DNA from: Macrostomum hystrix
Lineage: Eukaryota; Animalia; Platyhelminthes
DNA length: 64,000 bases
Direction of reading: 5' to 3'
Assembly: GCA_950097015.1 (NCBI GenBank)
Contig: CATNEN010000005.1
Location: 2,170,001 to 2,234,000, forward strand
The notes beneath the pieces were generated by a model. The model was given only the letters and a program-made list of their open reading frames with translations. It was not told the origin of the DNA and did no database searches. Shown one piece after another: positions 11,728-25,100 of this stretch (positions are counted from its first letter, which is position 1; the number at the start of each line of letters is the position of its first letter). Both the position numbers and the translations under genes were made by a program.

Positions 11728-14700
11728 TCAGGAGCCGGGCGCACGCAGAGTCTGCTTCTGGCTCATATTGATCTTATCTCCCAGTGTCACAGCCATGCCC
11801 TGACTCTTGGCCCGGATACGAATGTGCCCAGTTACCGGGGCATTTGGCTGATTGGGCGGCTTCTCAATTGACAAATTAGCCAGCGCGTCTTCGCCAAAGA
11901 TGCTCCTAGCGTAGAGATTTGCCGCTAGGAATCCACAATCGCCAGTTAGAGCCTTCTCAGGTGTTAGACAGCGCATATTAGTTGCCTTAATCAAATGGGC
12001 GAGAAACTCGCGCAGATCCGATATGCCAGTAGACACAGCGACCTTGTTCTCCCATTCGAATTCAACCCACATTCTGCGAAAGTCCACATCCGAGCAGTGA
12101 CTAGGCACTATGTAGTCCATGATGTCGATGTGGATGTCGTTCAATACAACGCAGTTTCTATCGCCGGCCGCGCCCCGTACATCGTAGACAATGTTGCCAA
12201 AGATGATGCCATTCTCTGTACTAGTCACCTTGATGTTGGCCTTGATATTGGCGAAATCTTTTGAAGCCAGTGTTAGCGGAGACGGCTTTTCAACTAGTTT
12301 CAAATCGCCAAGAGTGGCCAATTCTAGGCTGAGACTCTGCAGTGTATCGGCGGTCTGGTTAACTAGCAATACATCCAGCACAATGTCGTATTGATTAACG
12401 TGAACGTAGGCCTCAGCGTAGACTGGATCTGAGAATCCGGTCAGCTGCGTGACCTTGTTGAGCTTGCTGCTCAGTAGAATATCAGTTTCCGGCTTGGCGG
12501 CTGTGCCCAACGCCTGGCTAAGGGTCAGATCGAAGCGATCTTCCAAGTCGCCGAATTCGTTAGCCGGGGCCAGTTGAATAAAACGAACTGGATCGTCAGG
12601 CTGGACTGATCGTTTAGATCGCACCGTTTCGCAGCTCTTTTCTTCGGCTAGCTGGGAGCTAAGCAGCTGGTCCAGCGCCTCACGGCAGTGCACATCGAAT
12701 ATCTCCATTAGGGGCTCGGATCTTTCCGCTAGCACCTGGACATTGTGGTGGAGATATTTTCAATTAACTGCTTTATGACACTAATTTGAGGATCTGGTAG
12801 GTTTAGTGACCTTAATCTGACGATCAAGATAGATTTAGGACCTTAATCTGAGGATCTGGTAGGTTTAGGACCTTAATCTGAGGATCTGGTAGATTTAGGA
12901 CGTTAATCTGAGGATCTGGTAGGTTTAGTACCTTAATCTGAGGATCTGGTAGGTTTAGGACGTTAATCTGAGGATATGGTAGATTTAGGACCTTAATCTG
13001 AGGATATGGTAGGTTTAGTACCTTAATCTGAGGATCTGGTAGGTTTAGTACCTTAATCTGAGGATCTGGTAGGTTTAGGACGTTAATCTGAGGATATGGT
13101 AGATTTAGAACCTTAATCTGAGGATCTGGTAGATTTAGGGCCTTAATCTGAGGATCTGGTAGATTTAGGACCTTAATCTGAGGATCTGGTAGATTTAGGA
13201 CCTTAATCTGAGGATCAGGTAGATTTAGGACCTTAATCTGAGGATCAGGTAGATTTAGGACCTTAATCTGAGGATCTGGAAGATTTATGACCTTAATCTG
13301 AGGATCAGGTAGATTTAGGACCTTAATCTGAGGATCTGGTAGATTTAGGACCTTAATCTGAGGATCAGGTAGATTTAGGACCTTAATCTGAGGATCAGGT
13401 AGATTAGGACCTTAATCTGAGGATCAGGTAGATTTAGGACCTTAATCTGAGGATCTGGAAGATTTATGACCTTAATCTGAGGATCTGGAAGATTTATGAC
13501 CTTAATCTGAGGATCAGGTAGATTTAGGACCTTAATCTGAGGATCTGGTAGATTTAGGACCTTAATCTGAGGATCAGGTAGATTTAGGACCTTAATCTGA
13601 GGATCTGGTAGATTTAAGACGTTAATCTGAGGATCTGGTAGGTTTAGGACCTTAATCTGAGGATCTGGTAGATTTAGGACCTTAATCCGAGGATTTGGTA
13701 GATTTAAGACGTCAATCTGAGGATCTGGTAGGTTTAGGACGTTAATCTGAGTATATGGTAGATTTAGAACCTTAATCTGAGGATCAGGTAGATTTCGGAC
13801 CTTAATCTGAGGATCTGGTAGATTTAGGACCTTAATCCGAGGATTTGGTAGATTTAAGACGTTAATCTGAGGATCTGGTAGGTTTAGGACGTTAATCTGA
13901 GTATATGGTAGATTTAGAACCTTAATCTGAGGATCAGGTAGATTTCGGACCTTAATCTGAGGATCAGGTAGATTTAGGACCTTAATCTGAGGATCAGGTA
14001 GATTAGGACCTTAATCTGAGGATCAGGTAGATTTAGGACCTTAATCTGAGGATCTGGAAGATTTATGACCTTAATCTGAGGATCTGGAAGATTTATGACC
14101 TTAATCTGAGGATCAGGTAGATTTAGGACCTTAATCTGAGGATCTGGTAGATTTAAGACGTTAATCTGAGGATCTGGTAGGTTTAGGACCTTAATCTGAG
14201 GATCTGGTAGATTAGGACCTTAATCTGAGGATCAGGTAGATTTAGGACCTTAATCTGAGGATCTGGAAGATTTATGACCTTAATCTGAGGATCAGGTAGA
14301 TTTAGGACCTTAATCTGAGGATCTGGTAGATTTAGGACCTTAATCTGAGGATCTGGTAGGTTTAGTACCCTAATCTGAGGATCTGGTAGATTTAAGACGT
14401 TAATCTGAGGATCTGGTAGGTTTAGGACCTTAATCTGAGGATCAGGTAGATTTCGGACCTTAATCTGAGGATCAGGTAGATTTAGGACCTTAATCTGAGG
14501 ATCAGGTAGATTAGGACCTTAATCTGAGGATCAGGTAGATTTAGGACCTTAATCTGAGGATCTGGAAGATTTATGACCTTAATCTGAGGATCTGGAAGAT
14601 TTATGACCTTAATCTGAGGATCAGGTAGATTTAGGACCTTAATCTGAGGATCAGGTAGATTTAGGACCTTAATCTGAGGATCTGGAAGATTTATGACCTT

Positions 14701-17700
14701 AATCTGAGGATCTGGAAGATTTATGACCTTAATCTGAGGATCAGGTAGATTTAGGACCTTAATCTGAGGATCTGGTAGGTTTAGGACGTTAATCTGAGGA
14801 TCTGGTAGGTTTAGGACCTTAATCTGAGGATCTGGTAGGTTTAGGACGTTAATCTGAGGATCCGGTAGGTCCATGACACACTAATCTTGGAGATCTGTGG
14901 AAGACTTACCTTCATGCACAACCACAGGTGCTCAAAGTCGTCAGGTGACACAGGCCTCTCGGGCATGCCGCTGCGGCCCAGGTGCAGAACGCAGGACAGC
15001 ACCAGCATGCACTCGGCTACAAAACGATTCTGGCGAGCCTGTTCCGGTACTCTGAAACAAATCGCACAATTTAGAAGCAATAATAAAACATTATGAAGCA
15101 TTATAACATTGAAAGTACGCTAATATTGTGAGTACCGAAAAACATTTTAGCTAACATGATTTAAGTAACGAAAACGATAAAAGTAACTAAAAAAGTAAAA
15201 GTAACGATAATGAACAAAGTAACGATAAAAAACAAAGTAACGACGATAAACAAACGATAAAAAACGATAATGAACAAAGTAACGATAATAAACAAAGTAA
15301 CGATAATGAACAAAGTAGCGATAATGAACAAAGTAACGATTATGAACAAAGTAACGATTATGAACAAAGTAACGACAATGAACTAAGTAACGATAATGAT
15401 TAAACCGATTTGATTAGGATTTAAGTAACGATGAAGACAAAAAATCGAATTACCTGTCCAGGTAGCGCACAGCCAGTTTAGTTAGTGCAGTGCCTAGAGC
15501 GGCTCCAATGAAGAAATCGCCCTTCAGCAGATGCCGTCGCAGGACCGGTCGATCGTCCTTGTCAGTGCCTGGCGCTGCGCCGCCTTTGCCGCCACTGGAG
15601 CCGCCAGCGCCGGACTAAAGAATAAGAAAGTTTTCAACCAATTCGGTCTTAGCTTTGTTGTTGTAATTATCGAACAACTAACGAGTAGGTATAAGGCAAT
15701 AAAAGGGAAGGGGTCATTGGGAAAAGGATCAATACAGAAATTGGATTTTTGGGAATATAATCATAGTTCCAATGACCCTATCATTGGGGATAGGGTAATT
15801 GGAAATAGAACCCCTGGGGATAGCGTCATTGGGAAAAGGGTTAGAGGGAATAGGATTATTGGGAATAGGGTCATTGCGAATAGGGTCATTGCGAATAGGA
15901 TTATAGGGAATAGAGTTATTGGAATATGGTCATTGGGAATAAGGTCATTGCGAATCGAGATTAGGATTAGGATTGGGATTGGAATTTGGATTGTTTTTGG
16001 GATTAAGTTTATTAGGAAAGGAGAAGCTCAGAGAAAAAGAAAAAGTGGGCATTAAAGAAATGCAAGACTATTGTAAATTAAGTACAGAAAAATAAGGAAA
16101 GTACACGAATGGAAACTTGGAAATCATGGAAGAATTTAGAATAGTCCATATAAAAAATTACAAACGAAAATAAAAATAGATGTGAGGTAAAATTCACAAA
16201 CCTTTCCTCCAGCAACAGAATAAGCAGTCTGCGAAGCGTAAGTGCCATCGGCTGTCACGCGCTTCTGAGCCAATCCGGAGGCTTGGGTAGATAGCGCCGA
16301 CTCCTGCTGCTGATCCTGATCCTCGCCAGTGCTGGCAGCTCGCTTTAGTTCGTCTTCAACTAGGGGCAGATCGCCAAGCGCTTGCCTGACTAGAGTCATA
16401 ACGCTCTGAATGTCTTCAACCTCGGTACAATGCTCGCCTAGAATCCACAACGCGCTGCGATAAATCTTGGCATTTTTCACTGTGGCCAAAGATTCCATCA
16501 GTTTCTGTAGGATTAGCGATTTCAAATGTTCGAATTTCTGTATGGCCTCGCGCACAAACACGAGGACATCTTCGGCCGCCCCAGTTGGCGCCTTCTCGTT
16601 ATAGTTGTCGCCGTCGGCAAGGAATTCAATCAGGGTCGGAATGATCTGAGGCGCCACGTCTGGGAAACGGATGCAGGCGTGATGCAGGGTGCGAACCAAC
16701 AGCTGACGGTAGCGACCGGTCTCCTCCTGGTGACGAAGACAAAAAATTGCGTGTTTTTGATTAGCTGATTTTAAATGCTTTGTTTCTTAGAAAGCTGCTC
16801 AAATATCTGCGACTTGTAATACCAACTTAGTGATAATAACCATCACTGATTACACCTGCCGCAATTGGGTCAGATGTGCAGCCGACAGCACAGTCGCAGC
16901 TATTGCGCGGCGCATCTGGAGGCTGCGTACGGCTGTTCAGTCCACGGACTAGGGGACGCCACACCCCACCTTAAATACCCCAGCTTATGCTGGTTCCCAA
17001 ATTGTTCCAGTGGAGTCGGGAATCGAACCCCCCACCTTTAAGTGAGTCCCACACTCTATCCACTAGGCTACACCCTATGGATTAACCACAGACTATAATA
17101 AATATGGATTAACGACTGACTTAACTACCAGATTAAATATGGATTAACCTCTGACTAAACTACCAGATTAAATATGGATTAACGACTGACTTAACTACCA
17201 GATTAAATATGGATTAATCTCTGACTAAACTACCAGATTAAATATGGATTAACGACTGACTAAACTACCAGATTAAATATGGATTAACCTCTGACTAAAC
17301 AACCAGATTAAATACGGATTAACCACAGACTAAACTACCAGATTAAATATGGATTAACCACTGACTAAACTACCAGATTAAATATGGATTAACCACTGAC
17401 TAAACTACCAGATTAAATATGGATTAACCACTGACTAAACTACCAGTCATTAACCACAGACTAAACAACCAGATTAAATATGAATTAACCACAGACTAAG
17501 CTACCAGATTAAAAATGGATTAACCACAGACTAAGCTACCAGATTAAATATGAATTAACCACAGACTAAGCTACCAGATTAAATATGGATTAACCACAGA
17601 CTAAGCTACCAGATTAAATATGGATTAACCACTGACTAAACTACCAGATTAAATATGGATTAACCACTGACTAAACTACCAGTCATTAACCACAGACTAA

Positions 17701-19285
17701 ACAACCCGATTAAATATGAATTAACCACAGACTAAGCTACCAGATTAAAAATGGATTAACCACAGACTAAGCTACCAGATTAAATATGAATTAACCACAG
17801 ACTAAGCTACCAGATTAAATATGGATTAACCACAGACTAAGCTACCAGATTAAATATGGATTAACCACAGACTAAGCTACCAGATAAAGGGCAAATTAGG
17901 CCAAATTCAGGCACATAGAAAAGTACATTTGGACATCGATGTTAAATACATAAAACAACTGACCTGCTCAATAGCCGCAGAAGTTTTCAGCACTTCCTTC
18001 TTGAGCACACCGACCATCTCCTCAATGGTGCGGCCAGTGACTAATTCCAAAGCCAAATCTAGCGCCTTCTTCCGCACCTCTAAATCGGTAGCCGATAAAA
18101 TTCTCAGCACATCCATAACTAAATCCTGAAGGATTCGTTCGTGAGACTCGCGCAATGCAACCAGCCTATCTAGCACAATGAGTTTGACATTGTTGTCGCT
18201 CTCCTTCAGGATCAGATCGATATAAGCTGAGGCAGCTGAGCGTACAGCAGTTGGAGCAGAACTGAGGCAGACCAGAGTGCCAGCAGCTTCGTAGCGGACG
18301 GCCGCAGAACTGCTCTGCAGCAGGTTATAGACGCAGCGAATGAAGCGCGATCTCTCGGTAGGATTAGCGTGGCAAACCTTGTAGATTAGCTCCACAATGA
18401 CTAATTGTAGAATGTCGCCAAAGGTGTGAACTTGATCTAGGCAGGTGCTCAAATAGTTAAGCGCTCGCTCCTGATCCACATGCAGCAGCATCATGAAGGC
18501 GTTGCGCTTGCACGAAGCATCTTGCTCCTGCGTAGTTGAGAGAAGTACATTAATTTATGAAGTGTTTTCATAGTCAAGATTCAGATTTTTTAGATCAGAT
18601 GGAACAATGATCAAGTGATTTAATTAATTCTTGTTGCTAATTGTGCTTAGGCTAAAACTCGAACTCACGACCTCTTTCAGTAATTCGAAGCTCTAACCAA
18701 TAAGCTACAAGGGTGTGTTTTAACGTAACCTACCTGGTCCAGCAGTGAAGCAATCAGTTCCGGAGCGTCAGGAATTAACGACTCGAAATTCTTGTAGATA
18801 GTAAAGATAGCTAGTACAGCGTTGCGCCTAACATAGGTGTGCCTATACTCTAGGCATTGTCGAATCGACGGCATGAGTGGTTCAAGCAGTTCCGGCTCTT
18901 TCAGCTTGCACAGGAAACGTAGAGTTGAGCCGCGAATGAACTCATTTGGATGCTGCAGATCCTTGCGATAGGCGTCGCACACAAGGATCATTTCGTGCAG
19001 CAGTTTGCCATCAGGCGAGTATTTTGGTACAACCTCCCAGAATACCAACAGTAGCTTCTTGACCATGTGATCCTGACAGGGCATCACATACTTCACAACC
19101 GTCATTAGTAGCGAACTATTGAACTTTTCGCCATTGATAATCATGGCGATCACCTTTTTAAGGGCTTCAATTTTGCCAGCTAAATCAGGCTTTTCTAAAT
19201 CTTCACGCAGCCTCTGCTCTGATGGAGGCTCAGATTCTGTTGGCAGGTTAATGAGAGTGTAGCATGGCTGCTCAGCTTGGCTCAT
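11728..19285 (-). CDS. COPB1: Coatomer subunit beta (beta-COP), about 983 aa, 6 coding exons
   Basis: Exons 19285-18734, 18527-17964, 16726-16202, 15614-15454, 15051-14910, 12735-11728; all GT-AG with consistent phases (0,0,0,2,0). Hallmark motifs [109 protein letters not shown]. Confidence 0.98.
12782..14870. repeat. Minisatellite, 30-bp unit CCTTAATCTGAGGATCTGGTAGATTTAGGA, filling COPB1 intron 5
   Basis: Visible tandem repeats between the exon boundaries at 12735 and 14910. Confidence 0.98.
15163..15400. repeat. Minisatellite, 18-bp unit GTAACGATAATGAACAAA, COPB1 intron 4
   Basis: Visible degenerate tandem repeats. Confidence 0.9.
15781..15956. repeat. Degenerate 15-bp repeat (GGTCATTGGGAATAG-like), COPB1 intron 3
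   Basis: Periodic ATTGGGAATAG motif. Confidence 0.75.
16830..17074 (-). mobile_element. tRNA-derived SINE (family 2) in COPB1 intron 2
   Basis: Minus strand GGTGTAGCCTAGTGG (A box) and GGTTCGATTCC (B box, 17029-17019), followed by a GC-rich body; 3' boundary approximate. Confidence 0.65.
17076..17886. repeat. Minisatellite, 35-bp unit CTACCAGATTAAATATGGATTAACCACAGACTAAG, COPB1 intron 2
   Basis: Visible tandem repeats. Confidence 0.97.
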
Positions 19286-22174
19286 TTTGTGTCGCTTTTT
19301 GTTTTAGAATTGGAACTTCAGAATGGCTGACTAAGCAGATTAGTAGCTGATCTGAAATATCACAAGTTATTAGTAGCAAAAGTTTACAAAAATTGAAAAT
19401 ACATTACTTGAATGTGCAGTGGAGTCATTATTGTACAATTTACACCCCATCAAGGTCAACACATTAAGAGTAATACAGCCTTAGGGATACTTATGAGTTA
19501 AAAGGTAAAACTAAAGGTAATGTGTATGTACATAATAACTTTAAATACTGTTGATTCTTTTGGCATACTTCATAGAATGGCTCAAATTTGAAATGTTTAC
19601 ATCAACTGTTTTAATATATTGTTTATTTCAGAAAAAAACTATTTTTACACAATATTAGTTTCTATCATACATTAATCTTCAATATCTTTACAAAACAATA
19701 TTCTTGGGTTGCAGTCTAATTTAAATACAATATATATTTTTTTCTTAAAACTCTTTAGCCTTCTTTTAAACTTTGGAGAGCTTGCCTGCACAGCTGCCAT
19801 TTACTAGGTTAATTATGTACACAGTAGTTATGACATTTTAAATCTTATATTAAGATTATTAAGAATGTAAGATTACATTATTAAGAATCTAACCACTGTA
19901 GGGCAAGATAAAAATATAAGAGCCCCATGACATTAGGTTCCCACAAAAAAATAGTATTAGATATTGTATAACATTACTATTTATTAGCAGGCTGTCTATC
20001 TTATTGCTATTTTTATCAATGCATCAAACAGTTTTTTATTTGTAAATGCTCATAGCTTGCAAACCTTGTAATACCAATTGTACTACTAATACAGTAACAA
20101 GCTTTGAATGGTTGTCATATGCATATATATGCATTAGATATATATATATATATCAAAGCAGTATATTTCCCTACATTAACATATAAAGCTCATAAGTTAT
20201 CCAAAATATCCAATTAGGCATATCACATCAGGCAGGATTCAACCAAGACTCACTAGAAAAGTGTAAGACATTTAATTTCTTAGAAAATTATCACAAAAGT
20301 TCACTCACAAGATAGGAACTATTCATATTTTTCATATCAAAATGTTCATACAATTTTTATTAAAAGCAGATCCAATGCTGTTCTTTTAATATATCTTGCA
20401 AAACATGTTGCTTTATTGGTATAAAAAGCTTCATTCATTGGCATTAATATATCTACAGATTCTTATAGAGAAAGGCCTAAAAGGCCTTGGCATAAAGATT
20501 TAAGATTTATATGCTTTATCATGTCTCTTATGGGCACCGATATGCATCAAAATGGTACTGAAAAGCAAGACCAGGCACTGAAAAGCCTGGCACCAAAATG
20601 TTTTTAATCCTTTAAATTAGTCTAATATTTTAGACACTGTGGTTGCAAATTTGTTGTATCATTTTATGGATAAAATATCATTTAAATCAGTTAAGAAGTA
20701 CTAGGCCTACCGCCTACATCTATTAACTGCTGAAATTGATTCTGCTAAAAATCAATCAATCTTTTAGGTATAGAATAATAATAACATTTGACAGGAGTCA
20801 CATAGGCCTACAGCTAGCTTGTGAATAGAAAAAAACATACTATTTAAATGCTTGTCTATGTGTACTGCAAAAATATGTTACAGGTTTGATTTTTCTGTCA
20901 CGGATGGCTTAGCAAACTGTCGTGACAGGCTTGTTTGAGCTCTATTTAATATCATGTCTCATGCGATCCAACAATGACTTTCTAAAACAATGTAAATTTA
21001 AGCAAACAATCTTCATACATACACCAAACTTCCAAACATAAAAACTTACTTATAAAACTAAAACTAAAATTTCTACAGCTACATTACACGTATCACAGCT
21101 CTAATTATCTTTAATTTAACGGCCTTTTGGGTTAAAACGGAAATCATACATAAAATAAAATAGTTCGAATAAACAAGTCACTGTCGTCATATTAAAAACA
21201 TATCAAACGTGTTTTAAATTTAAACATTTAGATAATCTGTAAATGTTTGACAAATTTTGTTCTGATTTACTATTTTTTAGTACAATGTATACTTTTTTCT
21301 AATGTTTGAATTAAAAAACTAGATGAAAACTGTAATTTTTTGTTATACTTTACAAACGCAATAACGATTAGGACTAATGTCCTAAACTTTATAGTGCAAG
21401 CATAACTAAATAATTAAATTTATGTCATTCTGATTTAATTCAAAAATTTAAATGTACGAGTATAAATGTCTCCAAATCCTCGATCGCTGCCTTTCAATGG
21501 TGTAGTTACGACACATTGCGATTGAGACACGCGAAGAACTCAGTTCAGGTGCTTATTAAAAGCATTTCGAATGCAGGCGAAAGCTACTGCTAAATGCTTC
21601 TAGCAAGGGCCTGGCTTCTAGCATAGCACGGGCTTTGTTTGGCTACTGGTTAAAAATGAAAGCACATTTGAATTAAAACATTTAATTAAAAACGGAATAA
21701 GTACACGCTAGTTAAACAGCTTGCAACCAAAAACAGATTTGCAAGTTAAAGAAACGATAATTTATGCTTTTTATTTCTACAAAATCAAGAAACATTTGCA
21801 AAGGAGTAGAAAACAGAGATGCAAAAAATCTTTCTTGAGCCATATGAATCTTAAAAAATTATCTCCCAAATTATGACAATAAAAATATTCTTGTGAAAAA
21901 AAGTTTTATTATGAGCGTACTTTAGTTTTTTAAGTAAAACTTTTAATTGTAAGCTAAAAATGTGTATAAGGAAAAATGAGTAAAACTTCACAAACAAAAC
22001 TAGAACTATTGAGACAAGGGAAAAGCGATAAGGTAAGACAGACAAAAATGACAAACAAAACAATCTATAAGAATCTGAAAATATTTAACAAAACAGTTGC
22101 CTGGTGATTATTTGAGTGGACTTTATCTCAATAGATTGAAATAGTTTAATTTAGCCAACACACAAACCCTCGGG

Positions 22175-25100
22175 TTAAGATTCGTTCATAAACAGAGCTA
22201 GCGGCCGAACGCAAGCATCATAGAATAACTCGTGCTTCAACGCCCAGGCCGCCGTTGCTCGTTTGGCTGGGTCCAAACGCAGCAAGGTCTAAAAAACAGT
22301 GCAGAGTTCGCGACTAATGTGGGCAAACTATTATTAGCAAAAAACTGAATTACTTTGAAACTATTGTGAAGCATGGCTTAATACCCTAAAACTATTACGG
22401 CTACGGCTACGAACTGTTTAAGAAATACCAACTCCCAAAACTTAACCCATTCCTCTCCCAGGATAAAACCTGACCAATTCAACTATATTGATAAAACCTG
22501 ACCAATTCTACTACACTGATAAAATCTGACCAATTCCACTACCAGGATAAATCCTGACCAATTCCACTAACAGGATAAAACCTGACCAATTTCACTACCA
22601 GGATAAAACCTGACCAATTCAACTATATTGATAAAATCTGACCAATTCTACTACACTGATAAAACCTGACCAATTTCACTACCAGGATAAAACCTGACCA
22701 ATTCTACTAACAGGATAAAACCTGACCAATTTCACTACCAGGATAAAACCTGACCAATTCAACTATATTGATAAAATCTGACCAATTCTACTACACTGAT
22801 AAAACCTGACCAATTTCACTACCAGGATAAAACCTGACCAATTCTACTACACTGATAAAACCTGACCAATTTCACTACCAGGATAAAACCTGACCAATTC
22901 CACTACCAGGATAAAACCTGACCAATTCCACTACGAGGATAAAACCTGACCAATTCCACTACGAGGATAAAAACTGACCAATTCTACTACCAGGATAAAA
23001 CCTGACGAATTTCACTACCAGGATAAATCCTGACCAATTCCACTACGAGGATAAAACCTGACCAATTCCACTACGAGGATAAAAACTGACCAATTCTACT
23101 ACCAGGATAAAACCTGACCAATTCCACTACCAGGTACCAGGATAAAACCTGACTAATTCAACTATATTGATAAAAACTGACCAATTCTACTACCAGGATA
23201 AAACCTGACGAATTTCACTACCAGGATAAATCCTGACCAATTCCACTACGAGGATAAAACCTGACCAATTTCACTACCAGGATAAAACCTGACCAATTCC
23301 ACTACCAGGATAAAACCTGACCAATTCCACTACGAGGATAAAACCTGACCAATTCCACTACGAGGATAAAAACTGACCAATTCTACTACCAGGATAAAAC
23401 CTGACGAATTTCACTACCAGGATAAATCCTGACCAATTCCACTACGAGGATAAAACCTGACCAATTCCACTACGAGGATAAAAACTGACCAATTCTACTA
23501 CCAGGATAAAACCTGACCAATTCCACTACCAGGTACCAGGATAAAACCTGACTAATTCAACTATATTGATAAAAACTGACCAATTCTACTACCAGGATAA
23601 AACCTGACGAATTTCACTACCAGGATAAATCCTGACCAATTCCACTACGAGGATAAAACCTGACCAATTCCACTACGAGGATAAAAACTGACCAATTCTA
23701 CTACCAGGATAAAACCTGACCAATTCCACTACCAGGTACCAGGATAAAACCTGACTAATTCAACTATATTGATAAAAACTGACCAATTCTACTACCAGGA
23801 TAAAACCTGACCAATTCCACTACCAGGATAAAACATGACCAATTCCACTACGAGGATAAAACCTGACCAATTCCACTACGAGGATAAAAACTGACCAATT
23901 CTACTACCAGGATAAAACCTGACCAATTCCACTGCCAGGATAAAACCTGACCAATTTCACTACCAGGATAAAACCTGACCAGTTCCACTAACAGGATAAA
24001 ACCTGACCAATTTCACTACAGTCAGGATAAAACCTGACCAATTCTACTAACAGGATAAAACCTGACCAATTTCACTACCATGATAAAACCTGACCAATTC
24101 CACTACCAGGATACACCTGATCAATTTCACTACCAGGATAAAACCTGACCAGTTCCACTACCAGGTCCAGGATAAACCTGATCAATTCCACTATATTGAT
24201 AAAACCTGACCAATTCCACAACCAGGATAAAACTGACCTATTTTATGTACATTCAACACAAAAAACGTAGACGCACAGTACCAACCTTAATCAGATCCAA
24301 GGCGCACTTTGGTATGTTAAACTCTAAGAAGCCACGCGGACAGAATCGCGGAAATGCAACATTGTAATTTGGAAGCTGCTCAACTCCGGGCCAGTTAGAA
24401 TTTTTTGGAGTGCCTGATTGAAAATTGAGTTGGTAAGGATATGAGCCTAGCTTAAACACAAGTGTGCAGATGCAAAAACAATTTATAGTACAAGCTAAAT
24501 CTCACCCAAGCGTTCAAAGATCAAAAACAGTTGATGAATTTCACAGTCGCCCAAGAACATATGATAGCCAGTGATCTGGAAAATAGCAGGCGAAATTGGC
24601 GATATTTATTGGTCAGAGTTGTATAAAAAAATTAGCCTCGAGCTACTAACCAATTCCGCAATGACGCAGCCAACCGACCAATTGTCAACAGCTGTGGAAT
24701 AAGTTGGCGCATTCATCAGCAACTCGGGCGAACGATAAGGCAGAGTCACTACTGACAGATTCAAAGTGCGATTCCGGTGAGACAGACTCCGAGCCATGCC
24801 AAAGTCGGCCAGCTTTAAAATGCCCGAATTCGACACTAGAATATTAGCCGGCTTAATGTCCCGGTGTACAATGCTCAGACTGTGACAGTGCTTCACTGCT
24901 TCCAGCAGTTGCATAGCTAGACTCTGCGATCAGAACAATAACAATAAAGTATAAAACAACGTTTCCAAGAACAGACAGAGTGGCCTCAGTACAGCCTGCT
25001 TCTGCACTTCCTAACACCCATCGCGCAGGAAAACGTCACTCATTTTTTAAGATCCGCCCATCGATACTTTCGCTTACATGTATAGAACTCCACCACACCA

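Noticed and set aside
14482-14874. [10 protein letters not shown]-repeat ORF
   Set aside because: 30-bp intronic repeat within COPB1 intron 5.
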